NCBI GenBank assembly: GCA_028534125.1
Contig: CM052816.1
Span: forward strand, 31,870,001 to 31,934,000
Source: Lama glama
Lineage: Eukaryota
Direction of reading: 5' to 3'
Length of the DNA stretch: 64,000 nt
Within the stretch, counting starts at the first letter, position 1, and each line of letters starts with the position of its first letter. The notes under the pieces were generated by a model. The model did not search any database and had not been told where the DNA came from. It worked only from the letters and a program-made list of their open reading frames with translations. Below, one piece after another: positions 13,640-26,036 of the stretch. Both the position numbers and the translations under genes were made by a program.

Positions 13640-14030
13640 GGTATTAGTTTGAGAATTTCGTTATGTTACCATATTAAAATACCACAGACAAGGTAGCTTA
13701 AGCAGCAGAAATTAACTTTCTTATAGTTCTGGAGGCCAGAAGTCCAAGATCAAAATGCCAACAGGTCTGGGTTCCTCTGAGGCCTCTCTCCTTGGCTTGC
13801 AGATACATTTTCAAATGGTCTCTTCTCTGTGTGTGCCCATCATCAATGTTTCTATGTCCAAGTTTCTTCTTTTAAGAACACAAGTAAGATTGGATTTAAG
13901 CCCCTAATGGCCTCATTTTAACTAAATCACCTCTTTAAAAGCTCTCTTTCCAAATAAAGTCACCTTCTGAGGTATTGGGGTTAGGACTTCTTCATACGAA
14001 TTCTGAGGAGACACAATTCAGCCCACAAAA
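13640..14030 (-). mobile_element. MaLR solo LTR (MLT1A/B-like)
   Basis: gtattagttt...agttctggaggccagaagtccaagatcaa...ttctgaggtattggggttaggacttc...gacacaattcagccca. Confidence 0.8.
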
Positions 14031-14530
14031 ATATTACTGAGTGGTTACATTCTGCCAGAGGTTTTGAGTATTTCTGTAACTGTTTGTCCAACAATTCAAT
14101 ATACCATCCTCGAGTACCAAGAGTGTGGGGAAACATATAGGCATGGTTGACAGTAAACACACTGTTTTCATGTCATACTCATTCTTCTAACTTTTACTTC
14201 AAAAGGTCAAATAAATATATTCCATGAGTTCACAGGTGTACACACTCACAGAGATACCAATTTACAGCCAAACAATATTTAAAATGAAAGCAATCCTGAA
14301 ATACACCTCAATGGGATAGAAGACTCTTGAAAAAGCTATCTGCTAAAAGACAGTAAATTAAACATGTATTCCTCTCCACAGCTGCCAAAATCCCTAAAAT
14401 AACAGTAAAGGAATAAAGGAGTTAAACCATCAAAAAAGACAAAAGGGCAAAGAGAACATAAAAAGACAATGGTTAAGTGATGACGAAAAATTCTAGAAGA
14501 TGGAGAACAGAAGAGTGAGTGGTCACTGAC

Positions 14531-15095
14531 TACTCTGGTTATCTATGGTAGTGTTACAAACTACCTCAAAACTTAGCAACTTAAAATAAGTAGTTTTTTA
14601 TGCTCATGAATTCTGCAAGTAAGGAATTTGGAAAGAACATGGCAAGGAGGACTTGTTTCACCATAATGACAGAAACCTCAGCTGGGAAGACTCAAAACCT
14701 GGGATGATTCAACAACTGTGGACTTGAACTATCTGGAGGCTTTGTGACTCATGTCTGGGAGTTAATGCTGACTGTTTACTGGGACCTCAGCTTGGGCTGT
14801 CTGCTGGAATACCTGCATATGAATTTTCTACATGCTTCCTCAGAGCATGGCAGGATAGTCCTTCTACATGGCAACTCAGGATCAAAAGACAAGTGTCCTA
14901 GTAGAACCAAGTAGAAGGTTTATCATCTTTTCTGATCTAGCTTTGGAAGTCTCTTAGCTTGTTTGACCACTCTACTAGTCAACCAGTCATTGAGGTCTAC
15001 CCACTCATATTGAAGAAGGGAAAACATAGACCTCTCCAGATCTTTCATTGGGAAAAGTGTTAAAGTACTTGCAGACATGCTTTAAAACCACTACA
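14531..15095 (-). mobile_element. MaLR solo LTR (MLT1F/G/H-like) with 5-bp TSD
   Basis: ggttatctatggtagtgttacaaactacctcaaaacttagcaacttaaaa...tttaaaaccactaca, flanked by ctgac (14526-14530) and ttgac (15096-15100). Confidence 0.75.
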
Positions 15096-15365
15096 TTGAC
15101 TTAGTGGAGTTTTAAAGTTTGTAAAGGAGGGTGCAAATGAAAACAAGACAAGCAATGCTCCAGTAAATCTCAGGAATTAAATACACCAGCTACCAAGGTG
15201 AGGGGATAGAGGACAGAGATGAAAGGTGAACCCTAGAACAGGAAGACTGGATGAACCTCTGTATAAATAGTACTTAGACTCCCAAGACCCTTTCCCCAGA
15301 TTGTATAGATAGATCATCAACTCATTCTCATCCTAGCAGGAGAAGGGAGGTTTTCTTTCTAGGGC

Positions 15366-15561
15366 ACTGGATCTCAAAGTGTGGAGTCCCCAAGATACTT
15401 TCAGGGAGTCTACAAGGTCAAAACTATCTTTACAATAATATCAGAATATTATTAGCCTTTTAAAGGCTCATTAGTGTACAGCTGAGTTTTCCAGAGAATA
15501 TATGCAGAGCAGATATGAGAACCCAGCTGTTTTCTATTAAGCTAAATATTTAAATAATTTG
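15366..15561. mobile_element. hAT-Charlie fragment (MER119/Charlie7-like), truncated at the L1 start
   Basis: cactggatctcaaagtgtgg...aggtcaaaactatctttacaataata...gcagatatgagaacccagctgttttctattaagc. Confidence 0.6.
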
Positions 15562-15568
15562 AAACTCA

Positions 15569-18500
15569 TAGAGATCAAGATGGCAGAGTAGGAGGACTCT
15601 CTCCATGAATATAACAAAAATACATCTACATTTGGAGCAATTCTCACTGAAAACTAACTGGAGACTGGTAGAAAGACATACGACCAAGGCTATAAGAAAG
15701 ATCCACAAGGAATCAGGTAGGAAGGGAAGCAAAGCAGTCAGGTCGGGACCTGTGCTCCCTGGGAAGGAACACAGAAGAGGAGGGGGATCCTCCCGGTGGA
15801 GTGAGAGGTTCAAACCACATACTGGGCACCCTAGCTCTGGGGTCCAATACCAAGAAGAAGACTTAGCTGGTTAGAAACTCAGTGGTACCACCAGGACTTG
15901 CTTATTCCTGAAACAAGGTAGAGAAAGCAGATTGAAACTACACTGGACTCTTAATGCTTTCCTTTGACCATCCCGGCATGCACCATAAGCTTAACCAAGC
16001 ACCCACTCCAGCCTTGCTTGCTTCACAATGCAGCTCCACAGGGGAGCAAGGGCTGCCATGGGTGAGGATAGTGCTCAGTCATGAGGGACAGGGCCAGCCC
16101 AGACTCTGAATGGCATCTGAATGGTGTGAGGGCAGCAATGACTGGCGCTTACAGAGGTAGTATATCAGAAGTAGTCTAGAGCTCTGACTGGGGCCAGGAT
16201 CACTATAGCCAGCACCCACATCCGCACTGAGTGCTCACTGCAGCGCCTCTTGCTCCAGTACTTTTCCCTTCTGGGGCAAGGATGCTAGTGCTGGGAAGGG
16301 GGAAATCACACACTTAGAGGGAATAGAGCTGGCTTGGACCTGAACTTCAGGGCTCTGTTCCAGCAACTTGGGATCTGGCTGTTCCCCCAAAAGATTGATG
16401 CCAGCCACTGAGCAAAGAAGCCCTGATTCATACCTGGCTCCAGCCCTAGCACCTCCATCTCTAGCCCTGCACCTAACAAGATTATAGCTGCCAGCACACC
16501 ATAGAGAAAGATGTGACCTATGCTCACTTCAGATACAGCTCTACACCACTGGGCACATGTAGACTGCATAGGGACACTTTCACACAAGGATATCCCTTCA
16601 AGACTGGAATAGGTAACTGTTTCACTAAATTTCATAGGGATAGAGAAAGGTAAGCAAGACAAGAAAACAGGAAAATGTTTCAAGTGAAAGAACAAGAAAA
16701 AAAAAGACAAAACAATTAATGCAACAGAGGTAAGTAATTTACCAGATAAAGAGTTCAAAGCACTGGTAATAAGAATGCTAACTCAATTAGGGAAAAGAAC
16801 AAATAAACACAGTGAGAATTTTAGCAAGGAACTAGGAAATGTAAAAAGAACCATCAGAATTGAAAATACAGTAACAGGAATTTAAAACATGTCAGAAGGA
16901 ATTAACAACAGACTAGGTGACAGAGAAGTACACACCAGCAATGTGGAAGGTAAAATAATGGAAATCACCCAATCAGAACAGCAAAAAGAAAAACAAGTTT
17001 TAAAAATGAGAACAGTTTAAGGGACATTTGAACAACATCAAGTATACCAAAATTCATATTATAGGGGTCCCAGAAGGAGGAGAGAGAGAAAAAAGGGTTG
17101 AGAATGTATTTGATGAAATTATGGCTAAAAGGTCCCCAAACCTGAAGAAGAAAAGAGATATCTGGGTACAGGAAGCACAGAGGGTACCAAACACGATGAA
17201 TCCAAACAGGCCCACACCAAGATATAATTAAAATGGTAAAAGTTTAAGAGAGAATTCTAAAAACAATAAGAGGTTAAAAAAAGGGTCATATGCAAGGGAA
17301 CCCCAATAAAGCTATCAGCTGATTTTCTACAGAGAGTTTGCAGGCCAGAAGGAAGTGGCATAATATATTTACAATGCTGAAAGGAAAAAATCTGGAACCT
17401 AGGACACTGTACCAGGCAAGAATATCACTTAAAACTGAAGGAGAGATAAAGGATTTCTTAGGCAAACAAAATCTAAAAGGGTTAATCAATACTAAAGCTA
17501 CCCCAAACAGAAATGTTAAAAGGTCTTCCTAAGTGGAAAAGAAAAGTCTGTAACAAGAAGTAAGAATCTATAGGAAAGGAAAAAATCCCACTAGTAAAGG
17601 TAAATATACAGTAAAGGTTGTGAATCAAACATATAAATAAGCAAATATGAGGATTAAAAGACAAAAAGCTATAATATCAAACTATAACTATAATAAACAG
17701 TAGAAGGATAAACATGAAGATGTAAAATATAACATTAAAAAACACAAAATGTCAGGGAGGGGAATAAAAAATGTAGATCTTTTAGAATGCATTTGAACTT
17801 ACATGACTACCAGTTTAAAACAAGTAATAGTAACAAGAAAACATATGAACACCATAATAACCTCAAATCAAAAACCTACAATGTATACACAACAAAACTA
17901 GAGAGAAAGAAACACAAGCTTACCACTAAAGAAAATTATCAAACTATAAGGGAGGTAACTAAAAGAAGGAAAGAAAGAGAACTACAAAAACAATCAGAAA
18001 ACAAGTAATAAAATGGCAATAAGTACATATCTATCAATAATTGCTTTAAATGTAAATGGATTAAATGCCCCAATCAAAAAATATAGGGTGGCCAATTTGA
18101 TAAAAAAAAAAAAGACCTATTTATGCTGCTTCCAAGAGACTCACTTCAAAGCTAAAGACACACATAGACTGAAAGCGAAGGTTTGGAAAAAGATATTTCA
18201 TGCAACAGAAATGATAAGAAAGCATAAGTAGCAATATGTATATCAGGAAAAATAGATTAAAACAAAGTCTATGCCAAATGATGAAGAAGGGCATTTTATA
18301 ATGATAAAGGGATCAATACGATAAGAAGATATAATATTCATTAACATATATACACCTAACACAGGAGCAACTAAATATATAAAGCAAGCAGTAACAGATA
18401 AAAAGGGAGAAATCAACAATAACACAATAATAGTAGGAGACTTAGTGTAACACCCCACTAATAACAATGAACAAATCACCCAGATAGAAAATCAATAAGG

Positions 18501-20877
18501 AAACAGTGGCCTTAAATGATACAATAGACCAGTTGGACTTAATTGATATCTAGAGAACATTCCATCCAAAACAACAGACTACACATTCTTTTCAAGTGCA
18601 CATGGAACATGCTGCAGGACAGACCACGTGCTAGGCCACAAAACAAGTCTCAACAAATTTAAGAGGATAGAAATTTTATCAAGCATTTTTTCTGGCCATG
18701 TTGGTATGAAACTAGGAATCAATTACTGGAAGAAAAATGGGAAAAACACAAACATGAGGAGACTAAACAACATGCTCTAAAAAACCAATGGATCAATGAA
18801 GAAATAAAAAAGGAAATCAGAAAATACTTTGAGACAGATGAAAATGAAAACACAACTTTCCAAAATCTCTGGCATGCAGCAAAAACAGGTCTAAGAGGGC
18901 ACTTCATAGCAATATAGGCCTACCATAAGAAACAAGAAAAAAATCTCAAACAACCTATTATCTAAAAGAATTAGTAAAAGAAGAACAGAGCCAAAAGCCA
19001 GCAGAAGGGAGGAAAAACAAAGATCAGAGCAGATATAAATAAAATAGAGACCAAAAAAAAAATAGAGAAGATCAATGAAACCAAGAGCTGTTTTTTTTTA
19101 AGATAAGTAAAATAAGCCTTTAGATAGGCTCATGAAGAAAAAAAGAGAGAGGACCCAATAAACAAGAAATGAAAGAGGAGAAATAACAACTGATATCACA
19201 GAGACACTAAAAATCATAAGTGAACACTATGAACAGTTACATGTGAACAAATTGGACAACCTAGAAGAAATGGATAAATTTCTAGATACATATAACATTC
19301 CAAGACTGACAAAAAATAGATAATCTAAACAGACCAATCACTAGCAGTGAAATTGAATATGTAATCAAAAAACTTCCAGCAAACAAAGGTCCAGGGACAA
19401 ATGACTTCATAGGGGAATTCTACCAAACATATAAAGAAAATGTAATACTTACCCTTCTCAAACTATTCCAAAAATTGAAGTGGAGGGAATACTCTCAAAT
19501 TCATTCTAAGAAGCCACCATTACCCTGATCCTAAAAACAAAGTCACTACAAAAAAATTAATTACAAGCCAATGTTGCTGAAGAATAGAGATTCAAAAATC
19601 CTTAACAAAATATTAGTGAATCAAATCCAACAATATATGGAAAGGATCATATACCATGATCAAGTAAGATTTATTCCAGGGATGCAAAGATGTTTCAGTA
19701 TCCACAAATCAGTCAATGTGATACACCACATTAACAAAAGGAAGGATAAAAATCATGTAATTATCTAATAGACTCAGAAAAAGCACTTGACAAAACTCAA
19801 CATCTATTCATGACTTAAAAAACTCTCATCAAACATATTTTAACATAGTAAAGGCCATTTATGATAAACCCACAGTTAACATCATACTCAACAGTGAGAA
19901 GCTAAATACTTTTCCTCTAAAACTAAGAAAAAGAAAAGGACACCCAATCACACTGCTTTTATTTAACACAATATTAGAAGTCCCAGCCATGGCAATCAAT
20001 CAAGAAAAATAAATAAAGTGCATCCAGATTGAAAGGGAAGAAGTAAAACTATCACTTTTTACAGATGACATGATACTATATATGCAGAAAATCCTAAAGT
20101 TTCCACCAAAAAACTATTAGAACTAATAAATAAATTCAGTGAAGTTGAAAGATACATGATAATATACAGGAATCTGTTGCTTTTCCATATACTAATAGTA
20201 AGCTATCAGAAAAAGAATGGAAGAAAACAATCTAGCTTAAAATTACATCAAAATAATAAAATACCCAGGAATAAACTTTACTAAAGAGGAGAGGTAAAAG
20301 ACCCATATTCTGAAAACTATAAAACATTGATAAAGGAAATCGAAGATGATTCAAAGAAATAGAAAGCTATCCCTTATTCATGGGTTGGAAGAATTAATAT
20401 TGTTAAAATGTCCATACTATCCAAAGCAATCTACAGATTGAATGCAGTCCCTATTAAAATACTCAGAAGATTTTTCACAGAACTAGAACAAATTATCCTA
20501 AAATTTATATAGAACCATGGAACCAACAAAGACCTTGAATTGCCAAAGCAATCTTGAGGGAAAAAAAAAAAAAAGCTGAAGGTGTCACCCTCCCAGATTT
20601 CAGACTATACTACAAAGTTATAGTAATCAAAACAGCATGGCACTGGCACAAAAACAGACACATAGATAAATAGCCCAGGAACAAAGTGTCTCTCAACAGA
20701 TGAATGGATAAAGTAGTAGTAATATTCCATTGTGTATATATGTAAGTATATACACAATGCTTGGTGATGCTGGACTCTCCATTCATCTTTAAACAAGATA
20801 TATACATACATATATTCACAAGGTATACATACATACATATATACACAATGAAATATTATTCAGCCATAAAAATGAAG
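15569..20877 (+). mobile_element. Near full-length, inactive LINE-1 (5'UTR, ORF1, long inter-ORF spacer, ORF2 with internal deletion, no 3'UTR/polyA)
   Basis: Start gagatcaagatggcagagtagg. ORF1 remnants (IHIIGVPEGGEREK, QARRKWHNIF...LEPRTLYQAR) lie at ~16.7-17.5 kb. ORF2 starts at 18013 (MAISTYLSIIALNVNGLNAPIKK, endonuclease) and has RT motif LSLFTDDMILY at ~20050-20080. Many stops and frameshifts. Confidence 0.95.
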
Positions 20878-21370
20878 CTCCAGGCTTTACTCCAGGCAGG
20901 AAATGGGAGAATTCTGTTCTAACCAACTAAGGGAAAAGTCTAATCAGTGACTCCACCCTTCCAGGATCATCCTACAGTGAAGCCACCAATAGGCCTCAAC
21001 CATGCACAGAGCCAAATCAGCTTGTTAATGTCTTGTTTAAAGATGAATGGACAGTCCAGGATCACCAAGCATTTGTAGATAGCTTCTAAAGTGAAAGATA
21101 AGACCAAAACAAGCAAACAAGACAACAAAAAGTCCATGAAGCTAAAGAAAACATTAAAAAAAATTATCACTGGCATCCTAAGTAACTGACAATACTTCAA
21201 GAAACAAGGAAGGAATACTTAAAGAAACAGAAGACTTGGAAATTAAAAACAACATAGCCCAAATTAGAAAGATTCATGGAAGTTTGGAAAATAAATTGAG
21301 GAAATGTTCTAGAAAACAGCAAAAACATAAAAAGATGGGAACTAGGAGAGAAGAGGCAATTAAGGACTGG

Positions 21371-21989
21371 TGAAACCGAGTTCAGTCCATTAACTAGTAC
21401 TAACTTTTTGAGGGGGTCTGGGGAGATATTTGGGTTTACTTATTTTTAGAGGAGTTACTGGGGTTTGAACCCAGGACCTCGTGTATGCTAAGCATGTGCT
21501 CTACCACTTGAGCTATACCCTCCTCCCAGTATTAACTTTTGATTTTAAAGTTTTTTTTTCTCTTTCTTCCTTTTCTTTTTACCCCTCTGACTTCTATCCC
21601 ACACTTACATAGTAATAATTAACTGGTATCGGATGCCTTAAGAATGTGACGTGTGATAACATCACTGACGCACAAATCTAAGTTGTTTTCCAGGGCAAGA
21701 TGACCTCTGCAGATTGCGTTTACTCAGATCCTCAGGTCAGGGACCATTGGATCAGAGACATAAATCGCAGACATCCAGACTCCTGGAACTATGATTAAGA
21801 AATGTCACAAGATGATTAACCACCAGATCTCCTTTCTTTCCCCTGTGAAAGCCCCTAACTTAAAGACCAAGTTGGTGTGGATCTGACACTTGTCTTCCCT
21901 TCCCCATACTTGGTGCCCTGCAATAAAATCCTTACTCTGTCAGTTTGGCTCCCTGCACTGCAGGCACATGAGAGTTTTGCTGGGTTTCA
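21371..21989 (+). mobile_element. ERV1-type solo LTR with 4-bp TSD
   Basis: Terminal inverted repeats TGAAACC...GGTTTCA, TSD CTGG on both sides (21367-21370, 21990-21993), and AATAAA at ~21922. Confidence 0.85.
21409..21527 (-). mobile_element. Camelid tRNA-derived SINE (Vic-1-like)
   Basis: Minus strand GGGAGGAGGGTATAGCTCAAGTGGTAGAGCACATGCTTAGCATACACGAGGTCCTGGGTTCAAACCCCAG has A/B boxes and a tRNA-Ala-like head. 13-bp TSD agtactaactttt (21396-21408) / agtattaactttt (21528-21540). Confidence 0.88.
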
Positions 21990-22257
21990 CTGGTTTAGAA
22001 TGTGCAGCATCTGACTTAAAGTAGTTTCATTAAAGGAAGAAAACTAAAACACAAGAGAGGAGATTATTAAAGAAATAATTCAAAAGTTTCCCAAAGCTAA
22101 ATGACATGAATTTCAGATTGGATAGGCTCACCCAAGTGTAAGCCTCCAGAGAGGCAAAATGTCATATTCAAAGGACAAGGAATCCAATTGTCACCATAAC
22201 TTCACCAGAACACTGGAAGCTCCATGACAACCGAATAACACTTCAAAATATTAACGA

Positions 22258-22400
22258 GACTATTATTTGGCCATAAAAAAGAAGGAAATCCTGCCATTTT
22301 TGACAACATAGATGGACCTTGAGGGTATCATGCTAAGAGAAATAAGTCAGAGAAAGACAAATCTCATTTATATGTGGGATCTTTTTTAAAAAGGCCAAAT
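22258..22400 (+). mobile_element. L1 ORF2-end/3'UTR fragment
   Basis: ggccataaaaaagaaggaaatcctgccattt..gacaacatagatggaccttgagggtatcatgctaag..aaataagtcaga. Confidence 0.8.
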
Positions 22401-22574
22401 TTATGTCCAAAAACCAGCTTAATGTTTAATGAAGACCAGCAAGACTTACACACAAATATTCTACTTATAAGAATAAGTTACAGTGAATTAGGACCCTAAT
22501 CATCAAAATTTAGCTTTCAGATGGAATCAAACATTCAGGAACATCAGCACATATCTAGATACAGGTATTCTTCA

Positions 22575-22940
22575 CACTTGCCTCAGTCAGTCAGTATATG
22601 GCATTCCTCTGACTGTGGTCATTATTTCAGGGATTAGCACCTGACTGATCACTGCAATGAAGAGCCAGTAGAGGTCTGCTGATACTTCTAGGACAGAGGC
22701 ATTTGCAGCTGTGAGGACATAAGATCTGTAGCTACTCTGATCTGCTCCCAAAAGACAGAGCTTGTCTGAGAGTGGAGCCCAAGTGGAGGGTACGGAGCTG
22801 ACAGATGAAAAGAAAATCTATCCCATGTTTGTTGTTTAATCCCCTAGGTACATCATGGAGCATTCCACTAGGACTTCTCAGTCAATCATTTACTTACCAG
22901 TTTGGGGGAGGTCAGTTGGGCTTTTTGTCATAACTGTTAA
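22575..22940 (+). mobile_element. Old MaLR LTR (MLT1J/K-like)
   Basis: gcagctgtgaggacataagatctgtagctactctga...gagcttgtctgagagtggagcc...ggacttctcagt...gttgggctttttgtca. Confidence 0.5.
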
Positions 22941-23170
22941 ATTCCTAAATAATACAAAGGTAAAAGATATTTAATGCAGGGGAGGTTTTGCTTTAGCAAA
23001 CAGTGGCCTGCCAAGCTATAACTCCAGCCCAACTCCCCACAATGGGGACCAGTGAGCCTGAACCGCAGAGCTGCTCTGTGGCTACCATTTATGTGTAGCA
23101 ATAAGCTAGCATTTATCAACTGCATCTCTCATTTTAGCATCTGCCCTCCAACTACAGCAGCATTAGGTAA

Positions 23171-23597
23171 TGTATTCTTTTCCTAGAGCTGTCATCACCA
23201 AAACCTGGATGTCTTTATCCAATGGAAATTTATTTTCTCATAAATCTGGAAGCCAGAAGTAAAAACTGAAGGTGTGGGCAGGGCCATACTCCCTCCAGAC
23301 GCTCTAGGGGAACTTCCACTCTTTGCCTCTTCCGGCTTCTGGTGACTATTGTTATTCCTAGGCTTGTGGGTACATCTCTCCAGTCTATGCCTCCTTGGTC
23401 ACATGACCTTCTCTTCTCTCTGTCTAATCTTTCTCTGTCTGCTTCTTATAAGGTCACCTGTCCTTGGATTTAGGGCCCACTCAGATAATCCAAGATGATC
23501 TCCTCACTCAAGATCCTTAATTTAATTTCATCTACAAAGACCCTTTTTCCAAATAAGGTAACATATGTTTTGGGGGACCACCACTGAGCCCACTATA
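23171..23597 (-). mobile_element. MaLR solo LTR (MLT1C-like)
   Basis: tgtattcttttcctagagctg...gcagggccatactccctcc...tggatttagggcccact...aagaccctttttccaaataaggt...gcccactata. Confidence 0.8.
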
Positions 23598-23664
23598 GGT
23601 CACTAATGTCCTCTAAAATCTGTCACAGATCATGAAGCATCTTCTTGAGGAAATACTCTTTGAC

Positions 23665-23835
23665 ATGGTGGTTCCCAAACTCTGCTTACACACTAGAATA
23701 ATGTGGGAAACTCCTAATGACCTACTGGCACCCATGCCAACTAAACTGTGATGTCTGAGAATGAGAACCAGGCATCAGTAATTTTTAAAGACGCCCCAGG
23801 TCACTCCAGTGTGCATCAAAACTTGAGAACCTCTG
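23665..23835. mobile_element. MER5A-like hAT-Charlie element
   Basis: gtggttcccaaact...ccaggcatcagtaatttttaaag..ccccaggt...aacttgagaacctctgc. Confidence 0.7.
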
Positions 23836-24934
23836 CTTTCATAGTAGTTCTTTGTTTCTATATATTTTCATTAATCTTCAAGTTCAAAACTCTCGTTTAC
23901 TTTTTCTGTTTATTAAAATTCTTAAACTTTTCCCTTGTGGTACCTGTTATTAAAATTAAGTCATTTTGTAAAAATAAAACAAAGGAATATTTTATTGGCT
24001 ATATGGTTATATTTTCCCATTGATTTTGCTGTGAGATCTTAAGAACTACTCTCACCCTAGAAATTCACAAATTTGCCAGTCCTTGCCTCAGGATACATAC
24101 CTCTGCCAAAGGCAAAAGCAAGTTGCTTTGGATTTAATTCCTTTGAGTAGATCTTTGTACCCCCCTGGAATTACATTTCACTTTCAAAGAATTTTTCTAA
24201 ATGGAATGATAAAACATTTAGAGCTTTAGGGTCTATAACATATTAACCTCAGAGAAGGAAGGAACAGCTGGAGTTCTGAAGAAATCTTGGTATCAGTATG
24301 GAAAAGAGATGTTCATTTTTCTTATATTTTGAGAGAGATGTTTTGAAATATTTTCAAATGATCTCAGAGAGAATCTTAGGGCATAGCATTGGTCCTGAGA
24401 CATAATATATTCAGGAAGATGCCTAGTTTATCTTTTAATAAATAGAAGCTCACCTTGAGCCACGCAAGTAGTTAAACTAGCTCTTAGACATTGACCCATG
24501 ACCTATCTTTCCATTTTCTAATTTTTTAAATCATTCCTGGGAAATATTTATGTTTCCCAGTATGTATCTCTCCTTAAACTAAATCTTAAAGCTCTCAACA
24601 AGGATACAGCCAAAAGTTACTGCATGATCCAAAAGCTCAGAGCAGATGAGAACACAGCTTATACTTACCAAAATAAGGGTTTTATACCTATTTTATGTTA
24701 CTGCAAGTGATTTTTTTCCCATCTAAGTTTGACCCCTGGAATAAGCTATTTATCGACATAATAAATTTTAATATATATTTATCAGATCAATAAGACTCTT
24801 TTTACTTTATACATTAATATTTGCTAAAGACTTTAATAAACCCCAGATACTATACTCTCTGTCCTCCAAGATCTTATAGCCAGAGGACACAGACTGAAAT
24901 CATAAACAGCAAATATTTATTGAATGCTTACTTT

Positions 24935-25013
24935 TTTCTATTTATTTTTTATTGAAGTATAGTCAGTTTACAATGTTGTGTCCATTTCTGGTGTACAGCA
25001 CAATACTTCAGTC
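24935..25013 (-). mobile_element. Short 5'-truncated L1 3' tail with TSD
   Basis: tttttttattgaagtatagtcagtttacaatgttgtg..atttctggtgtacagca, flanked by tgaatgcttactt (24921) and tgaatgcctattt (25014). Confidence 0.75.
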
Positions 25014-25639
25014 TGAATGCCTATTTTTTGCAATGCATTTTTTTCTAAGAATGAGATACCAAGAGGTTTGATGCCATTCTTGGGCTGGAGAGATCTGCTT
25101 GGCCTTGATTGACAACTAGGACTTCGACAAGGAGAACTGCTAAGCAAGAAGATCAGGAGGAGGAAAGGACCACAGATGTGAAAGTACCTGTCGAGATAGC
25201 AGATACCAGGTCATTGTTTGCCCAACATCTATTTTTTTCCTTTTCAGGTAATTGCACTTCAGCTTTCTTTTGGAGATCCACTCCTTTCATTCTCAGTCTG
25301 CCACAGCTTATGGATCCTGAAAACAGACATAAAACTCCTGGGTCAGAGTCAAAACACTTGGTTACACACAGCAGAAGCAGCTGCCAGACTATTCACATTT
25401 TCTTGTGTCAGTTCCTTGAGCCCTGACAATGCAAAGAGAGTCAAGGGACACCTGTATACACAGTGGGGTGTGTTGCAGGGACCCAAGCTTTTACAAGGAT
25501 AGTAAGCATGCTTGCCCTTTGTTCCAGGGGGAGACACTGTCTCTGTTTTCCAAGGCTATTTGCTGCACAAATGTGAACAAAGAAGATGAAAGAGTGTTGC
25601 TTAATACCCAGTTCTGCTGGAGTTAACTGACATCACCAC

Positions 25640-26036
25640 TGCTGACTGACATCGCACATCCGAGAGGAAATTAAGATGATAATAGGGTGAGGCCCTCCGT
25701 GCTTTGGACAAACAGGCCCCTTAGATAGTTAGATGTATATCTAAGGAATAATTTCAATGACTCCAGATGCTTGCATCTTTCCATACATAGAAAAGCACTA
25801 AAACAATTCACTGGAGATATCTGTTTTTTGTGATTAACAGCAATTTTTTGCCAAGATGTGTGTTTGACTGCACATACTCCCCAGTCAATAATCAGATATA
25901 AACTTTTCTCCCCTACCTTTTCAGAGCAGTTTCTTTAGAGCTGAGTGACTGTCTCTCAGGCTAGAGTCCTGAGCAAGACCCTGAACCAAACCTAAAGTCA
26001 CAATTCTCAAGCTGTGTGTTTTTCTTTAGGTCAATG
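25640..26036 (+). mobile_element. ERV1-type solo LTR (MER31/MER67-like ends)
   Basis: tgctgactg... start, cagagcagtttctttagagctgagtgactgtctctcaggctagagtcct, and ...tttttctttaggtcaa end. Confidence 0.55.

Larger units (their letters stand above)
14330..22255 (+). mobile_element. Ancient HAL1/L1M-like host element, interrupted by younger insertions (pieces ~14330-14530, 15096-15360, 20880-21370, 21990-22255)
   Basis: gaagatggagaacagaagagtgagtggtcactgac|ttagtggag, ggatcaccaagcatttgtagatagcttctaaagtgaaagataagaccaaaac, and aagcctccagagagg...caaaggacaaggaatc...aacactggaagct resemble recalled HAL1 5'/ORF1 consensus. Confidence 0.55.

Noticed and set aside
16306..16758. Longest ORF in the track (150 aa, minus strand)
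   Set aside because: It is antisense to the L1 5'UTR/ORF1 start, has no recognisable domain, and lies in a heavily decayed element, so a chance ORF is the likeliest explanation. There is no support for an ORF0-like function.
15569..20877. Active or domesticated LINE-1
   Set aside because: ORF1 and ORF2 are fragmented by stops and frameshifts, ORF2 has an internal deletion, the 3' end is missing, and the 5'UTR is CpG-depleted.
21440..21527. tRNA-Ala-like gene on the minus strand
   Set aside because: It has a non-tRNA tail and target-site duplications and sits inside an LTR, so it is a tRNA-derived SINE.
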